A stretch of DNA of 64,000 nucleotides, taken from positions 730,583 to 794,582 of the forward strand of contig JAWQFM010000009.1 of NCBI GenBank assembly GCA_033442325.1, written 5' to 3'. Positions 41,892-57,992 of this stretch are shown here, one piece after another. A program made the position numbers and the translations under genes. How positions within the stretch are numbered: the first letter of the stretch is position 1; every line of letters begins with the position of its first letter. This DNA is from Salpingoeca rosetta (Eukaryota; Protista; Choanoflagellata). Below the pieces are notes generated by a model. It was not told the origin of the DNA, searched no databases, and saw only the letters and a list, made by a program, of their open reading frames with translations.

Positions 41892-44107
41892 CCAATTCTC
41901 GTTGAGTACGTTGTCGCTGTGTCCACTCTTGTGGCGTGTCTGGTACTGCCTCTCACAATGCACACATTTCTCCGCACAAAAACACTAACACCCCCCCCCA
42001 CACACACACACACGAACACACAAACACACACACAACACATGAGTAGGTTCACAGCCAGGATGCGCGGGATTTGTTGATGGACATGCACAAGTCGTCAGCA
42101 GGCAGCCGCCACCCGGTTGCCGTTGAGATTCCGTACGCGACAGAGGACGGTCTGAAGATGCTTCAACTCACGGAGCAGAACGTCTTCTGTGGACCTTCGA
42201 GCGTCATCATGTGCGATGGCATGGACGACACGCGCGTGGTTGGGTATGCCGGCGGTGACATTGCTGTGACGGGGTCTGCCGACAAGCTGCTTCGGTTCTA
42301 CGACATCCACACCGGGTTTGTCGTGGCCAAGGTCTCTGGGCACGCGGGCAGCATTCGCAGCGTGGCTGTCAGCCCAACCTTCAACATTGTCCTCTCCGGC
42401 AGCTACGACTCCTCTGCGCGGGTGTGGGACTTGACCACGCGTAAGTGCCTGGGCATCCTACGCGGGCACAAGTCGACGGTGACGGCCGTGCACGTGGACG
42501 ACGACAGCGGGACAGCGGCCACGGGCTCACGGGACCGCCGGTTTATTGTGTGGGACGCGCCGTCACGCCAGATGCTCAAGAGCATGGCCACCGCAAGCAG
42601 CGTCACCAGCGTGTACGCAGGCTGCGGGTATGCGTGCTGTGGCATGCAGGAGGGCGAGGTGTTGGTGGTGCACGTGGACACGCACCGGAAGGTGAAGAGC
42701 CTCAAGGCGCACGATGGTGTTGTGCACGCGGTTGCTGTCGACGCGTACTTCTTTGTCAGCGGCGGCGAGGACGGCATTGCGCACCTGTGGAGCCTGCAGC
42801 CCTGCACATCGGAGCCCGTCACGTCCTTTCGCCACGTGTCGGCAGTCACCTCCGCGCACATGATGCAGTGCCGCACCATCACGGGGTGCGACGATGGCAA
42901 GATTCGCATCTGGAACAACCTTGACGGCTCGTGCATCAAGATCTTCCGGGGCAACTCCGCCAGCAGGCCCGTTCGCCACCTGTGCCTGCACGGTGGGACA
43001 ACCATGGTGGTGAACACAACCACCACCATGCACTTTCAGCTGTTTGCCTCCAGCAGCGATGAAGAGGATGAGGACGCGGATGCCGAGGGTCACGGTGAGG
43101 GTGTCGGTTTACACGGGCGGAACAGTCGGCCTTCGTCTCGTCACAGCAGCGCGCGTCGCAAGAAGAGCACGGATGTGTCATCGCGACCAGTGTCGCGCGG
43201 TGGCCGCAGCAGCCGCGGCAGCGCCAGCAGGCCAGGGACGGCGCGTGCCGAGAGCGCGCTTGTCCGCCAGCGGTCGCGGCCAACTACAGCGGCATCCCGA
43301 CCAGGATCACGTGCAGCATCCCGACCAGGATCACATGCAGCTTCCCGACCAGGATCACGTGCAGCTTCGAGGCAAGGGTCACGACGGCAACGCAGTGCTC
43401 GCGAGGGGAGCAGACGAGATGGCGCAACATCGCCTGCGGATGGGGCCATCGGTGGCAGAAGCACGTCACCAAACGCGTGGGTTGAGAGGCGGCAGCGGCC
43501 GAGTCAGTCTGACATTCCACTGCCAAGCATTTTACAGGAGACGTTGCTTGCAGGCATGCGGCCAGCACACGTGCGCCCGCCCTCACGCGACCCCAGCAAC
43601 AGCGCGTCGTGGCTCATGTCATCACCAATGGTGACCAACGGCGCCAACAGCAGCAGCGGCAATGGCAGCACTGGCAGGAGAAGGAGCGGTCGCGTCGTTG
43701 TTGGTGCTGACCCTGCCAGTATCGATGCCAGCTTGCACCGTGGTGCCCTGCACCGATCACCGTCGCCACAGCGACCCCCACACGCGAGGCACGGCCACAG
43801 CACCAGCCCCTCAACAGGGCGCAGCACCCCTGCGCACAGCAGAGACCACCAGCACCACGGCGGCGTTGTTGGCCACCACGTGAGGTTTGCACACCGGCCT
43901 AAGCGCTCCGTCTCCGTTGGGGACTTCCACCACGCCGACCCCGCATGCTCTGGGAGCGGTGATGGCGGCGGTGATGGGGATATGCGCCGGTCGGTGGAGC
44001 TGAGCGAATCGCTGCAACGCATGCGGTTTGGGCGGCAGTTCCCAGGGCAGTGGCGCACGTTGATGAAGGTGCCGGAGCTCGCTGCAAGCTTGCACGCAAC
44101 CACATGA
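37358..44107 (+). CDS. FBXW10: F-box/WD40 protein, FBXW10/CDRT1-like; 2 very large exons (37358-41701, 42047-44107)
   Basis: FBXW10-type blocks CE....LCGRCSTC....WF....QCKFLIRLL...RDVLY and LLEWFETASDW; F-box DIIAKLPSPLAKFILSQLDFNTLTRASRVSPTW; LTEQNVFCG; WD40 repeats (GHAGSIRSV...LSGSYDSSARVWD, GHKSTVTAV, AHDGVV, ITGCDDGKIRIWN). Start codon uncertain. Confidence 0.8.
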
Positions 44108-44676
44108 CGCACTGCGAGGATGTGGCGTGATGATGTCGTTCGGGAATGTGATGAGATGAGATGTGTTGAGAGGGTGTAGTGATTTGGTGTGACATGTGAC
44201 ATGCGACGCAATGGCATGCTCACGGATGTGGTTTGAGGATGCGATGAGAAGAGCTGTGTTGGGATGCGACAGCTTGCTTGCCCTTGCACACGTGCTAAGC
44301 TGGTTGATGGTGATGTGTATGGTCGAGAGGCTGAGAGGGTGTATGTTCCGGCCTTGCTTGCTCTCTTGCTGACCTACTTGCTGACTTGCTGACTTGCTGA
44401 CTTGCTGACTTGATTGCGATGTTGATTCCGCCCATCTTGTTGATTGCATGTACCTTGGGCTGCTTCTTGCTTGGTCACATCACATCACACACTTCTTCTT
44501 GCTTGTTTGTATCCCTGTCAATCAACACATGTCGTCACGTTGCTCAGCCGGTCAAACGTCACACCAGCAAAAGCCACAGCAGCAAACCAACAAACAAGCA
44601 GCACACGCCTCAACCACTCACCGACCACGTGATCGTCCACTGACCCACTGCAAGAAGAAGAACAAGTAGAAGCAGC

Positions 44677-44955
44677 ATGGATGGCGACAGCGGTGCGTTG
44701 CTGCCGCAGCTGGAAGGGCCGGCGCGGTTTGCGGCGTTTGTGGCCATGGGCTTGCTGACAGGCGCCATCATCACGTGCATCTCCCGGCTGTTGTTTGGCC
44801 GATGCATCCTCTCCTCCAGCGGTGACGAGTGCAGCGACGACCCCATCCAGCATGGGCCCAGCGGTGACGGTAGTGATGGTGAGCGGATTCACCTTCATCG
44901 CCGGCGGCGCCGCACGACGCGCAGCGCAGCAAGCCCAGCAAGCCCAGCAAGATAG
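44677..44955 (+). CDS. Possible small single-pass membrane protein
   Basis: 92-aa ORF with one hydrophobic stretch (FAAFVAMGLLTGAIITCISRLLFG). An overlapping frame from 44795 also looks coding, so the structure is unclear. Confidence 0.3.
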   Translation: MDGDSGALLPQLEGPARFAAFVAMGLLTGAIITCISRLLFGRCILSSSGDECSDDPIQHGPSGDGSDGERIHLHRRRRRTTRSAASPASPAR

Positions 44956-45577
44956 CACGCGCAGCAACCTGGCAAGCACAGCAAGCAGCCTGCCCAGTGC
45001 GATGGCATCAAAGTGTGAGCACCTTGAGGGAGGGGAGACGGGGAAGGCAGGGAAGCACATAGCAGCCACCCCAACACTGACAGCGTGCTCGCCCACTCAT
45101 GACCACTACTTCCACGAGCAGTTTCAAGAGCACTCGCTCCATCGCCGTCGCTCGGTGGCAGCAGCAGCTGTCACAGCAGGAGCGATCAAGACCCGCAGTC
45201 GCACCGCAGCTGCCTCGCCTGTTGCTCTCTGGTCCAAGGCCTCTGTGCCGAGGAGAAGCACAGACGTGGTGGCAAGCCATGACAGCAATGCCACATATCT
45301 GTGTGTGCGTGTGTGTGCGTCCTGTGCTATGATTACGCATCTCAGCAAGCGGGGATGTGCCGGGTACCACAGCTCCACAACTCCCCACTGTGTTGCATGC
45401 GTGTGCTTATTCCACTCCCATGCAACACTTCCGCGCATCTGCGCCCTCTCTGCTTTATCCACAGCATCCCTCTGTTTCGTTCCACTCGCCATTAAACGTT
45501 ACCCCCTGACCGTCATGTCGTTCATGTACATCGACCCTACACGCGAGCATAGACACACAGAAACAAGTCGACAGGCA

Positions 45578-45612
<35 letters not shown>

Positions 45613-47556
45613 TCAGGTTGCTTCGTGCTTCGCATCTGCCTTCTTGCCCTTCTTGCTCATGCTGCTGTTCTTATCCTTCTTCTTCTTCTTGCTCTTACTC
45701 TTCTTCTTCTTCTGCTTGGTCGTCATCATCGTCTCTACCGCCACCGCCGCCGTTGTCGCCGCCGCTGCCGCTGCCTTGCTGTTGCCACCCCCAACAATCT
45801 TATCTCCGTCTGTCTTCTTGTCTTCAGCCCCTTGCTTGTCCTTTGTGTGCATCTTCTTCTTCTTCTTCTTCTGCTGCTGCTGCTTCGTCTGCTTCTGCTG
45901 CTGTTGTTGTTGTTTCTTTCTGATCCGTCTCTTGCCCTTCGCAGCCTTCCCGTTCCCCTCAGCGGCGTCACCACGACTGTCCCCACCGACACTCGCCTCC
46001 ACACACACTGCTGGTGTCACCATCATCACCTTCGCCTTCTTTGTTGCCTGCTCACCACCTTCATCGGCGCCACCATCGGCACCACCATCGCCGTCACCAC
46101 CACCTCGCTTCCGTGATGCCGTTTCATCTTGGGTCGTCGTCTTCTTCTTCTCCCGCATGCGCTTCTGCCACCATCGTTCCTTCTTCTTCGTCATCTTTGC
46201 CTTCTTCGTAGCGTTTGTTGCCCCATTCTCTTGTTGCTGCTGCTGCTGTTGCTGTTGAGCACTTGCATCATCGCCATCACTTCCGCTTGTGTGGCCCTTC
46301 TCAGCTGCCTTCGTTTGCTCGCCCTCATGCGGCCTCCCCTTGCCTTTGCTCTTCTTCTTGCTCTTCTTCTTGCTCTGCTTCGGCTCCCCGCCCTGAACAT
46401 CTCCACCGCTCACGCCACCACCATCTCCAGCGTCATAGTCACGGTTCCCTTTCTTCCCCTCACCACCACCATTGCCACTGCCACTGACATTCGCCCCGCT
46501 TTGAGGCGCCTTCTTCGTCTTGCCTGATCGTCTGCGCGTGCTGTCCTTTGCGTCCTTGAAGTTGTCTGGCAAGTAGAACGACTTGACGGCCACGCCCACG
46601 TGCGGTCGCGACGACAGCAGGCCCTGCTGCACCTTCTCAAACACCCGCTGCTGGTGCTCGCGCAGGTTGCAGAACCAGAACGTGACAAAGGGGCTGGTCT
46701 TGAGCTGCTTCTTCCGCTGCACGTCACCGCGCATCGTGGCTGGCGCCTGGTACACGTACGCGCGCGGGGTGCCCGGGATCACGTAAAACGGCTGCGGGTG
46801 ATGTTTGCGCACAAGAGCGTGCCAAGGCCCCTTCGTGTACACGTAGTTGGGCTGCACCACGAGCCACGGCTTGGGTTGGCTGTACAGGAACCGGGCCAGC
46901 TTGAGCACGTGGTTCACCGGCACGGACGAGTACGGCGGGTTGGTGACGACCACGTCAAAGTCCGGGCTGGCAGCCTTCTTCTCCGCAACACTGTAAAAGT
47001 CCTCTGGCTTGTTGTACACGGACGTGAAGCCGAGCCGCGCCAGGTGCACGCGAATGCCGCCCGCACAGTAGTATGGGTCGTAGATGCGCAGCGCCGCGCG
47101 CTCCTTGCCCAGTGCCTGGCACAGCTCCTCCAGAATCGGCTCAATGTCTCGCACGGCGTCCAGGGGCGTCTCGCAGTGGTCTGCGTCCTCGCACTGCCAC
47201 TGCCGCTCCGGAACCAAGCCTGGCACAAACAACTTCCCGGCCTTCCACACACCAGCCTCCACCAGCTGACCCTCATCATCCCGCGTCCCAAAGTACGCCG
47301 TCCCTGTTCGGTCATCCACCAAAAACAGCTCCCCGCTCTCTGTGAACACCCCACGCACCTGCTCTTCTTCTTCTTCTTCTTCTTCTTCCTCCTCTTCTTC
47401 TTCTTGGCCGCTCTCGCCACTGCCGTCGTCATCGTCGTCATCTCCGCTGCTATCCATGCTGCTGCCGTTGTTGTTGTCGTTGTTGTTGTTGTTACCCTCA
47501 TCAACACCATCACCATCACTATCCGTGCTGTCGCTGGTGTCTGCACCAGTGTTGCT

Positions 47557-47588
<32 letters not shown>

Positions 47589-47754
47589 TGGAGGCTGCAT
47601 CCAAGGCTGTCGTCGTCGTCACAGGGTTCGGTTGGGGCCGTTCGAGGGCTTCCTTCATCCCAGTGTCGATGTACCCTTGCCAGCAGTCATTGCAGAACGA
47701 GCCAACCCACTCCACGTGCTCCCGCCGCCCGCACTCCCCACAAACCACACCCAT
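45613..47754 (-). CDS. Intronless SAM-dependent amino-methyltransferase (NPPY, N6-adenine MTase-like) with N-terminal CxxC...CxxC finger and Lys-rich tail
   Basis: Single 713-aa ORF: CGECG...CNDC, acidic tract, DHCETP, motif I IYDPYYCAGG, EDFY, motif IV FDVVVTNPPY, PWLVVQPNYV, TSPFVTFWF, then about 300 aa rich in K/Q/G. Confidence 0.8.
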
Positions 47755-47888
47755 TCTCGTCCGTGTGCACCACGCACGTTGTTGTCTTCTCTTCCGCGCC
47801 TTCCGCCGAAACTCGTTAGAAAATATCCACCACTCTTCCCAACTTCAGTCGCGGCTGAGCGTGATGTGAACGTCGCGGCCTGATGTGA

Positions 47889-51293
<3,405 letters not shown>

Positions 51294-51784
51294 TGTATCT
51301 GTGTGTGTCTGTTTGTCTGTCTGTCTGTCTGTCTGCGTATGTGCGTGTGTGTCTGTATGTATGTCTGTGTGTGTGTGTTTGTCTGTGTGTGTCTGTGTGT
51401 GTGTGTCTGTGCGTGTGTGTCTGTATGTATGTCTGTGTGTGTGTTTGTCTGTGTGTGTGTCTGTCTGTCTGTGCGTGCGTGTGTGTGTGTGTGTAACTGT
51501 GTCTTTCTCGCGAAAGTATTTGTGCGGCTTTGCTTTTCCTGGCACATGACCATTTCCTGATACATAACCACTGGTCAGTTTGAGCGAACACTGGTCTGTC
51601 TCTCTATTGTTGTTGCTAACGAACACGGTAAACGCATTTGTACAAAGAGCTAGTCGACTCAGACGAACAATGTCAATGTGAGAACATGCACACACAAACA
51701 TGCGTGCCACGAACACGTCAACATACACACACACACACACGCGCGCACACAGACCCGGTGCTCGCCGGCCTTGGCCTGTGCTGG

Positions 51785-52317
51785 CTATTGCTTGTGCTGT
51801 TGATGGTGTTCTTCCTCTTCTGCCCTCTCTCCTCCCTGTTCTTCTTGACGTTCCTGCTGTTGCTGCTGCTGGGCAAGAAAGCCGAGCGACGTCGTCAAGT
51901 TGGCCAAGAACGGCTTGCTCGCGTTCTGCACGCGGGATTGCAGTGATGACAGCGCACCAAACAGTTCATCCGCCGTTCTGCGGCCACTCGTTGCGGCGTC
52001 GTGGCCATCGCCATCACCACCACTGGCATCGTCGTCATCGCTGTTGTCGTCCTCGTCCGCAAAGAGATCCCGCCGCTGCTCGGGCGAAAACTCGAGGACA
52101 GACGCAATGATGTGCGCAACCTCCTGCACACACACACACATACACATACACATGCACGCATGCACACGTCGCCAGCGGGGACAACATCAGCGGGATTGGA
52201 GACAAGCAGACATTCAGCAGACTCTCACACATCGCCAACGCAGGCAAGAAATGCCATGCGCATGTGCACACGAGACACAACATTCGCACAAGCACAAGTA
52301 CACACACACACACAAGT

Positions 52318-52350
<33 letters not shown>

Positions 52351-55300
52351 CACACACTCACGTCTGCGTGGATTCCCATCATGTACTGATACACGACATT
52401 GCGAAGGTAATCGATGTCGACCGCAGAGCCATCAGCATGTGCTGTCGGCGGTGGTGCTGGTTTTGATGAAGAGGTGGCGGTTGCTTGTGCGGCTTCTTCC
52501 TGTTCGGCCCGTTGCGGCGCCTGTTGTTGCTGTAGTTGCAGTGGCAGGCAAAGGGTCAAGTGTTGGGGCAAAGAACGCATGAGCAACGGGAAACAGGAAA
52601 AGGAGAGAGAAGGAGAGAGATGACAGTTGAAATACACACACGCACACACACGCACACACAAAAAACAAACAAACAAACAAACAAACAAAACAAACAAACA
52701 AACAAAACAAACAAAACAAACAAAACAAACAAAACAAACAAAACAAACAAACGAGCACGAGCACACCTTCGCAGCTGAGAGCTGTTCTTGTAGCGTGGCC
52801 ACCTCCTGCCTCAGCGCTGCCAGTTTTTCGTCGTGCCACCGCTGCATCTCAGCCAGCTTCGCGTCGTGCTTCTCCTGCTCGTGTAAGCGCATGTCCTTCT
52901 CGTTATCGGCCCGTCGGTGCTGATCTTCCGCGTGCTCTCTGATGACCTTCAAGTCTCGCCGAACCGCCTCCATCTCCTCCTCGTGTGCCAGCGCCGACGC
53001 AGCTGCAGCGGACGCAGCAAACCGCTCTCGCTCAAGTTTCAGCTGCTCCTGAAACTGTACCAAATCCCGTTCCAACGCCATAATCTTCGCCCGTTTCGCT
53101 TGAATTACTCTCTTCAAGTCATCATTCTCCGTCGACAGCGCTTTCGTCTTCGCTTCAAGCGCCGCCACTTGCTCCTGCACATCGCTCGCGGCTGCGGATG
53201 ACTCATCAGCTGCCGCTGCCAGCTGCGCCCGCTCCACCTCCCACTCCTTCTCACGCTCGTCCTTCTCAACCTCAAGCTGCGTCACCGTTGTCCGCAGCTC
53301 CTCCAGCACCAGGTCGACGTTGCTGTACTTCTGCTTCATGTCCGCACATGTTTTCTCGCTTGCTTCCAGCGCCGCCTGCAGCTGCTCCGTCTCCTCCTCA
53401 AACTCCTTCTGAAGTTCATCCGCGTCCACCTTCGCCTCCAAAAGCTGCTGTCTCACTGCGCGCCCTTCCTCCTCCAGCATCTCCACGCGCGATTTTGCTT
53501 CCCCCTCCCGCTCCTTCGCCTCCCGTGCCGTCGCCGACAACTCTTCAGTTTCAGATTGAAGGATCTCCATTTCCTCGCGCAACGCCTGCATCTCTTCAAG
53601 CAGCTCCTGCTTCCGCTCGTCTGCACGCGCTTGCACCTCCTCCTTCTCCTTCACCAGCTGCTCCACACGCGCTGTGAGCTCCTCCACTTCACCCCGTGCT
53701 GTTGCCCCTGCGTTCTCGGCATGCTGTCTTGCATCATCAAGCGCTGCTTGAAGGTCGTTGCGCTCCTTCGTCACACGTTTCGCCCGCTGCTTCAGTTTCG
53801 TGAACGATTCATGGGCACGCTGCAACTCTGCTGTGCGCTGCTCGGCCACTTGCTTCCAATCCTCCATTTCCGCTCGCACGCGCTCAAGGGCTTCTGTCGC
53901 TTCGTCGGCTTCCCGCCTCGCTGCGTCTCTCTCCAGATCTTCGCCTTCTACTTGTTCCTGCAGCGTCGCAAGCCTTGCGTTGACCTCGCCAAGCTGTTCC
54001 CGCAAGCTCGCTGCCTCGCTCCTTGCTTCCTCCAGCTGGCTCTGCGATCCACTCTCGACCTCACTCAGGGCCGCCTTCATCTCATCCACCGCCGCCGACA
54101 ACCTTTCCACTTCCGTCTGCAGTGCGTCTCTCTTCTCGCAAACGTGCTGCTTCTCCGCTTCCGCTTTCGCAAGTTGCTCTTTGATGCCCTCAAGCTCTGC
54201 CTGCAAGCACGTCATGGCCTCCTCGTGCGCTTCTTGCGCCGTGCGTGTGTCCGCCGCTGCCGCATCAAGCTCACCGCGCAGCACCTGCACATCCTGCTCC
54301 AGGGCCTCTGCCTTCTTCGCGCCAGCCACCAGCGACTTTGCCTTTGCACGCAACTTCGTAAACCGCACGTGCGCTTCTTGCAGTTCAGCCTCTCTGCTTG
54401 CAAGCAACGACGTCAGTTCGTCCACTCGTGCAGACAACGCCACACTCTGGTCGCTCTCCGCCGCGTGTTGCTGTGCCGTCTCAACCTGCACACGCAGCGA
54501 GTCAGCTTCTTCCTCCACAGCAGCCAAGCGCGTTTGCGCGGCCACCAGTTGCTCTTCCTTCTCGGTCGCAGCAGCCTCTGCGGAATCGGCGCGTTTCGCA
54601 TGCGTGTCCATGTCCTCTTGCATCGCCTGTGCGGACACTGCGTGGTCGGCGCGCTCCTGCTCAAGCTGCAGTTGAAGCTCGTCACACTTTGCAGATGCTG
54701 TGGCAAGGTGTTGTTCGAGCTCATCCATGCGTGCTCCGGCCGCCTTGTCCTGTGCGGCCCTGTTGTCACGCAATTGTTGTAATTCACCACTGAGCTGTTT
54801 GGTGCGCTCGCGTTCGGCTGCCACCTCCTGTTGCGCTGCAGTCCACCGCTCCTTGAGCTGCCGCGCCTTGGCAAGAAGACGATCGTACTTCTGTTGAAGT
54901 GCAGACTCGTTCGCCTGAGAAGACGCGTTCAGCTGTTGCTCAAGCTGGGTCCTGCTCTCGCTCACCTCATTCAGCTGTTGCTCAAGCTGGGTCCTGCTCT
55001 CGCTCACCTCATTCAGTTGTTGCTCAAGCTCAGCGATGCGTGTGTTGGCTTCCTGCGTCGCGCCTTCCTGGCTCTCGCTCACCTCATTCAGTTGTTGCTC
55101 AAGCTCAGCGATGCGTGTGTTGGCTTCCTGCGTCGCGCCTTCCTGGCTCTCGCTCACCTCACTCAGCTGTTGCTCAAGCTGCGTCCTGCTCTCGCTCACC
55201 TCATTCAGCTGTTGCTCAAGCTGGGTCCTGCTCTCGCTCACCTCACTCAGCTGTTGCTCAAGCTGGGTCCTGCTCTCGCTCACCTCACTCAGCTGTTGCT

Positions 55301-57507
55301 CAAGCTGCGTCCTGCTCTCGCTCACCTCACTCAGCTGTTGCTCAAGCTGGGTCTTGCTCTCGCTCACTTCATTCAGTTGTTGCTCAAGGTGGGTCTTGCT
55401 CTCGCTCACCTCATTCAGCTGTTGCTCAAGGTGGGTCTTGCTCTCGCTCACTTCATTCAGCTGTTGCTCAAGCTGCGTCCTGCTCTCGCTCACCTCATTC
55501 AGTTGTTGCTCAAGCTCAGCGATGCGTGCGTTGGCTTCCTGCGTCGCGCCTTCCTGGCTCTCGCTCACCTCACTCAGCTGTTGCTCAAGCTGCGTCCTGC
55601 TCTCGCTCACCTCATTCAGCTGTTGCTCAAGCTGGGTCTTGCTCTCGCTCGCCTCACTCAGCTGTTGCACAAGCTGCGTCCTGCTCTCGCTCACCTCACT
55701 CAGCTGTTGCTCAAGCTGGGTCCTGCTCTCGCTCACCTCACTCAGCTGTTGCTCAAGGTGGGTCTTGCTCTCGCTCACCTCACTCAGCTGTTGCTCAAGC
55801 TGGGTCCTGCTCTCGCTCACCTCACTCAGCTGTTGCTCAAGCTGGGTCCTGCTCTCGCTCGCCTCATTCAGTTGTTGCTCAAGCTCAGCGATGCGTGTGT
55901 TGGCTTCCTGCGTCGCGCCTTCCTGGCTCTCGCTCACCTCACTCAGCTGTTGCTCAAGCTGCGTCCTGCTCTCGCTCACCTCACTCAGCTGTTGCTCAAG
56001 CTGGGTCTTGCTCTCGCTCACTTCATTCAGTTGTTGCTCAAGCTCAGCGATGCGTGCGTTGGCTTCCTGCGTCGCGCCTTCCTGGCTCTCGCTCACCTCA
56101 CTCAGTTGTTGCTCAAGCTGTGTCTTGCTCTCGCTCACCTCACTCAGCTGTTGCTCAAGCTGGGTCCTGCTCTCGCTCACCTCACTCAGCTGTTGCTCAA
56201 GCTGCGCCCTGCTCTCGCTCACTCTCACTCATCTGGTGCTCAAGGCTCAGCGATGCTCGCGATCACTTCATGCGTCGCGCCTTCCTGGCTCTCGCTGCAT
56301 CTCACTCAGCTGTTGCTCAAGCTGCGCCTGCTCTCGCTCATCTCACTCATGTGATGCTCAAGCTGGGCTCTTGCTCTCGCTCATCTCATTCAGCTGATGC
56401 TCCAGCTTAGCCATGCTCGCGTTGGTCTCCTGCGGCTCAGCTCATGGCTGCTCGGTGATCGTCATCCAGCTGTTGTTGTTGCTCAAGCTCAGCGATGCGT
56501 GCGTTGGCTTCCTGCGTCGCGCCTTCCTGGCTCTCGCTCACCTCATTCAGCTGTTGCTCAAGCTGGGTCCTGCTCTCGCTCACCTCATTCAGCTGTTGCT
56601 CAAGCTCAGCGATGCGTGCGTTGGCTTCCTGCGTCGCGTCGTCGTCTTTGTTCTTCCTCTCCTCCTCCACGGCTGCCTGACGGGCCTGCTAACACCATCG
56701 CACGTGTTCACAGACAAACATATCAGTACATTCACATCGACTGTTGTTCCAGACACGCACGTGAACGCAATATGATGACAAGATACCGGCATCGCCAGTG
56801 AAATGAAACTAGCTAGCAAGGCGGCTTCTTGCCACTTATTAATTGCCACACAAAACTGTGCGAACGAACCTTAAGCTGCTTGTTGCTTGCAAGCAACTGC
56901 TTTGCTTTCTCCTTCAGCTTTTCGTACGCCTGCTTTCCTTGCACAATCTCTGCCTCGCGTTGTTGCAGCAATGTCTCCAGCTCCCGCACCCTCTGCCCCG
57001 CATCGCCCATCGCGTCACCGTCGCCACCACCAGCGTCACCAGCAGCCCGTGCATGCGCCCCGTCCGTGGTTGTGTGCGCACGCGTGTGTGTGTCCTCTGC
57101 TTCCGTGAGTGAGATCTGCAGCGCGGCCACTTTTGACCGCAGCACCTGGAGTTCGTCCTCCTTCTCCGCCAGCTGCGCCTGCATCACCAACACAGTGGGG
57201 CGCGGTGGAGCGTGAAAGAGTGTGCGCGTGTGCGTGTGCGTGTGACAGAATGTGCATGGTGAGATGGGGATGAAATTGTAAACGACGTACCCACACACGC
57301 ACACTCACTGCCTCATTCAACAACGTGCAAACAAGCACACAAGGGCGAGAGCTGGGGTGCATCGCACCTGGTAGACTTGATTGAGCTGCTGCTTGGCTTG
57401 CGCATCCAGCTCGAGCGCTGCACACGGGCATGACGCAAGTGCGTGTGTTTGAACGTGAGACACAAAGAGCGCATGTGTGTGTATGTGTGTATGTGTGTAT
57501 GTGTGTG

Positions 57508-57556
<49 letters not shown>

Positions 57557-57992
57557 CTCTTCACGCATACTTGTAAACAAGCAGCAAAAAGCCTCTATGC
57601 ATAAACGCCTGACACGCCCATACACATTCACGCACGCGACAACGATTCATGCCACGCGATTACCTTGTTCGAGGTCCTTGATCTGTTGTCTCAAGTGCTG
57701 CACTTCTTCGCTCTGGCCACTGCCCGCATCAGTGTCCGGCCCTTGCCGCTGCTGTGCTGTGTCTGCGGAGGAAGTTTCCTGGGGAAGCAGAACGAGGTGG
57801 GGATGGAAACACAGTGAGCACGACAAGGTGGAACCCACAGTTGAACCAGTCGAGTGCTCTGATGCGTGTGGGCGTATGTGAGGTGGGTTTTCCAACTCGC
57901 CACTTTGTGCAGAGCGTTGAACTCACCTTTTGGGTCTCTGACGCTGGAGTGGATGTGGCTGCAGCAACTTTGTTCTTCAAGGACGCAAACAT
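51785..57992 (-). CDS. GRIP-domain trans-Golgi golgin (golgin-245/golgin-97 type), long coiled coil, about 7 exons
   Basis: N-terminus MFASLKNKV resembles MFxxLKxKI of golgin-97/245; about 1500 aa of E/Q/A/L-rich coiled coil; C-terminal GRIP VDIDYLRNVVYQYM...|EVAHIIASVLEFSPEQ. Frame is broken at about 56220-56470. Confidence 0.85.
54925..56640 (-). repeat. Coding tandem array of 42-bp (14 aa) and 75-bp (25 aa) units in the golgin
   Basis: Near-identical TQLEQQL[SN]EVSES[RK] units interspersed with QEGATQEAN[AT]RIAELEQQLNEVSES. Confidence 0.95.

Noticed and set aside
44795-47883. Long plus-strand ORFs (487 and 427 aa) opposite the methyltransferase
   Set aside because: Mostly antisense to the K/Q-rich coding strand (poly-F/C/L); only 44795-45300 might be coding.
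54831-56410. Three 450-507 aa plus-strand ORFs over the golgin repeats
   Set aside because: Antisense shadows of a stop-free tandem repeat; the minus frame is the coherent coiled coil.
54925-56640. Regular 42/75-bp repeats resembling a CRISPR array
   Set aside because: No unique spacers, in-frame coding, eukaryotic context, and no cas genes.
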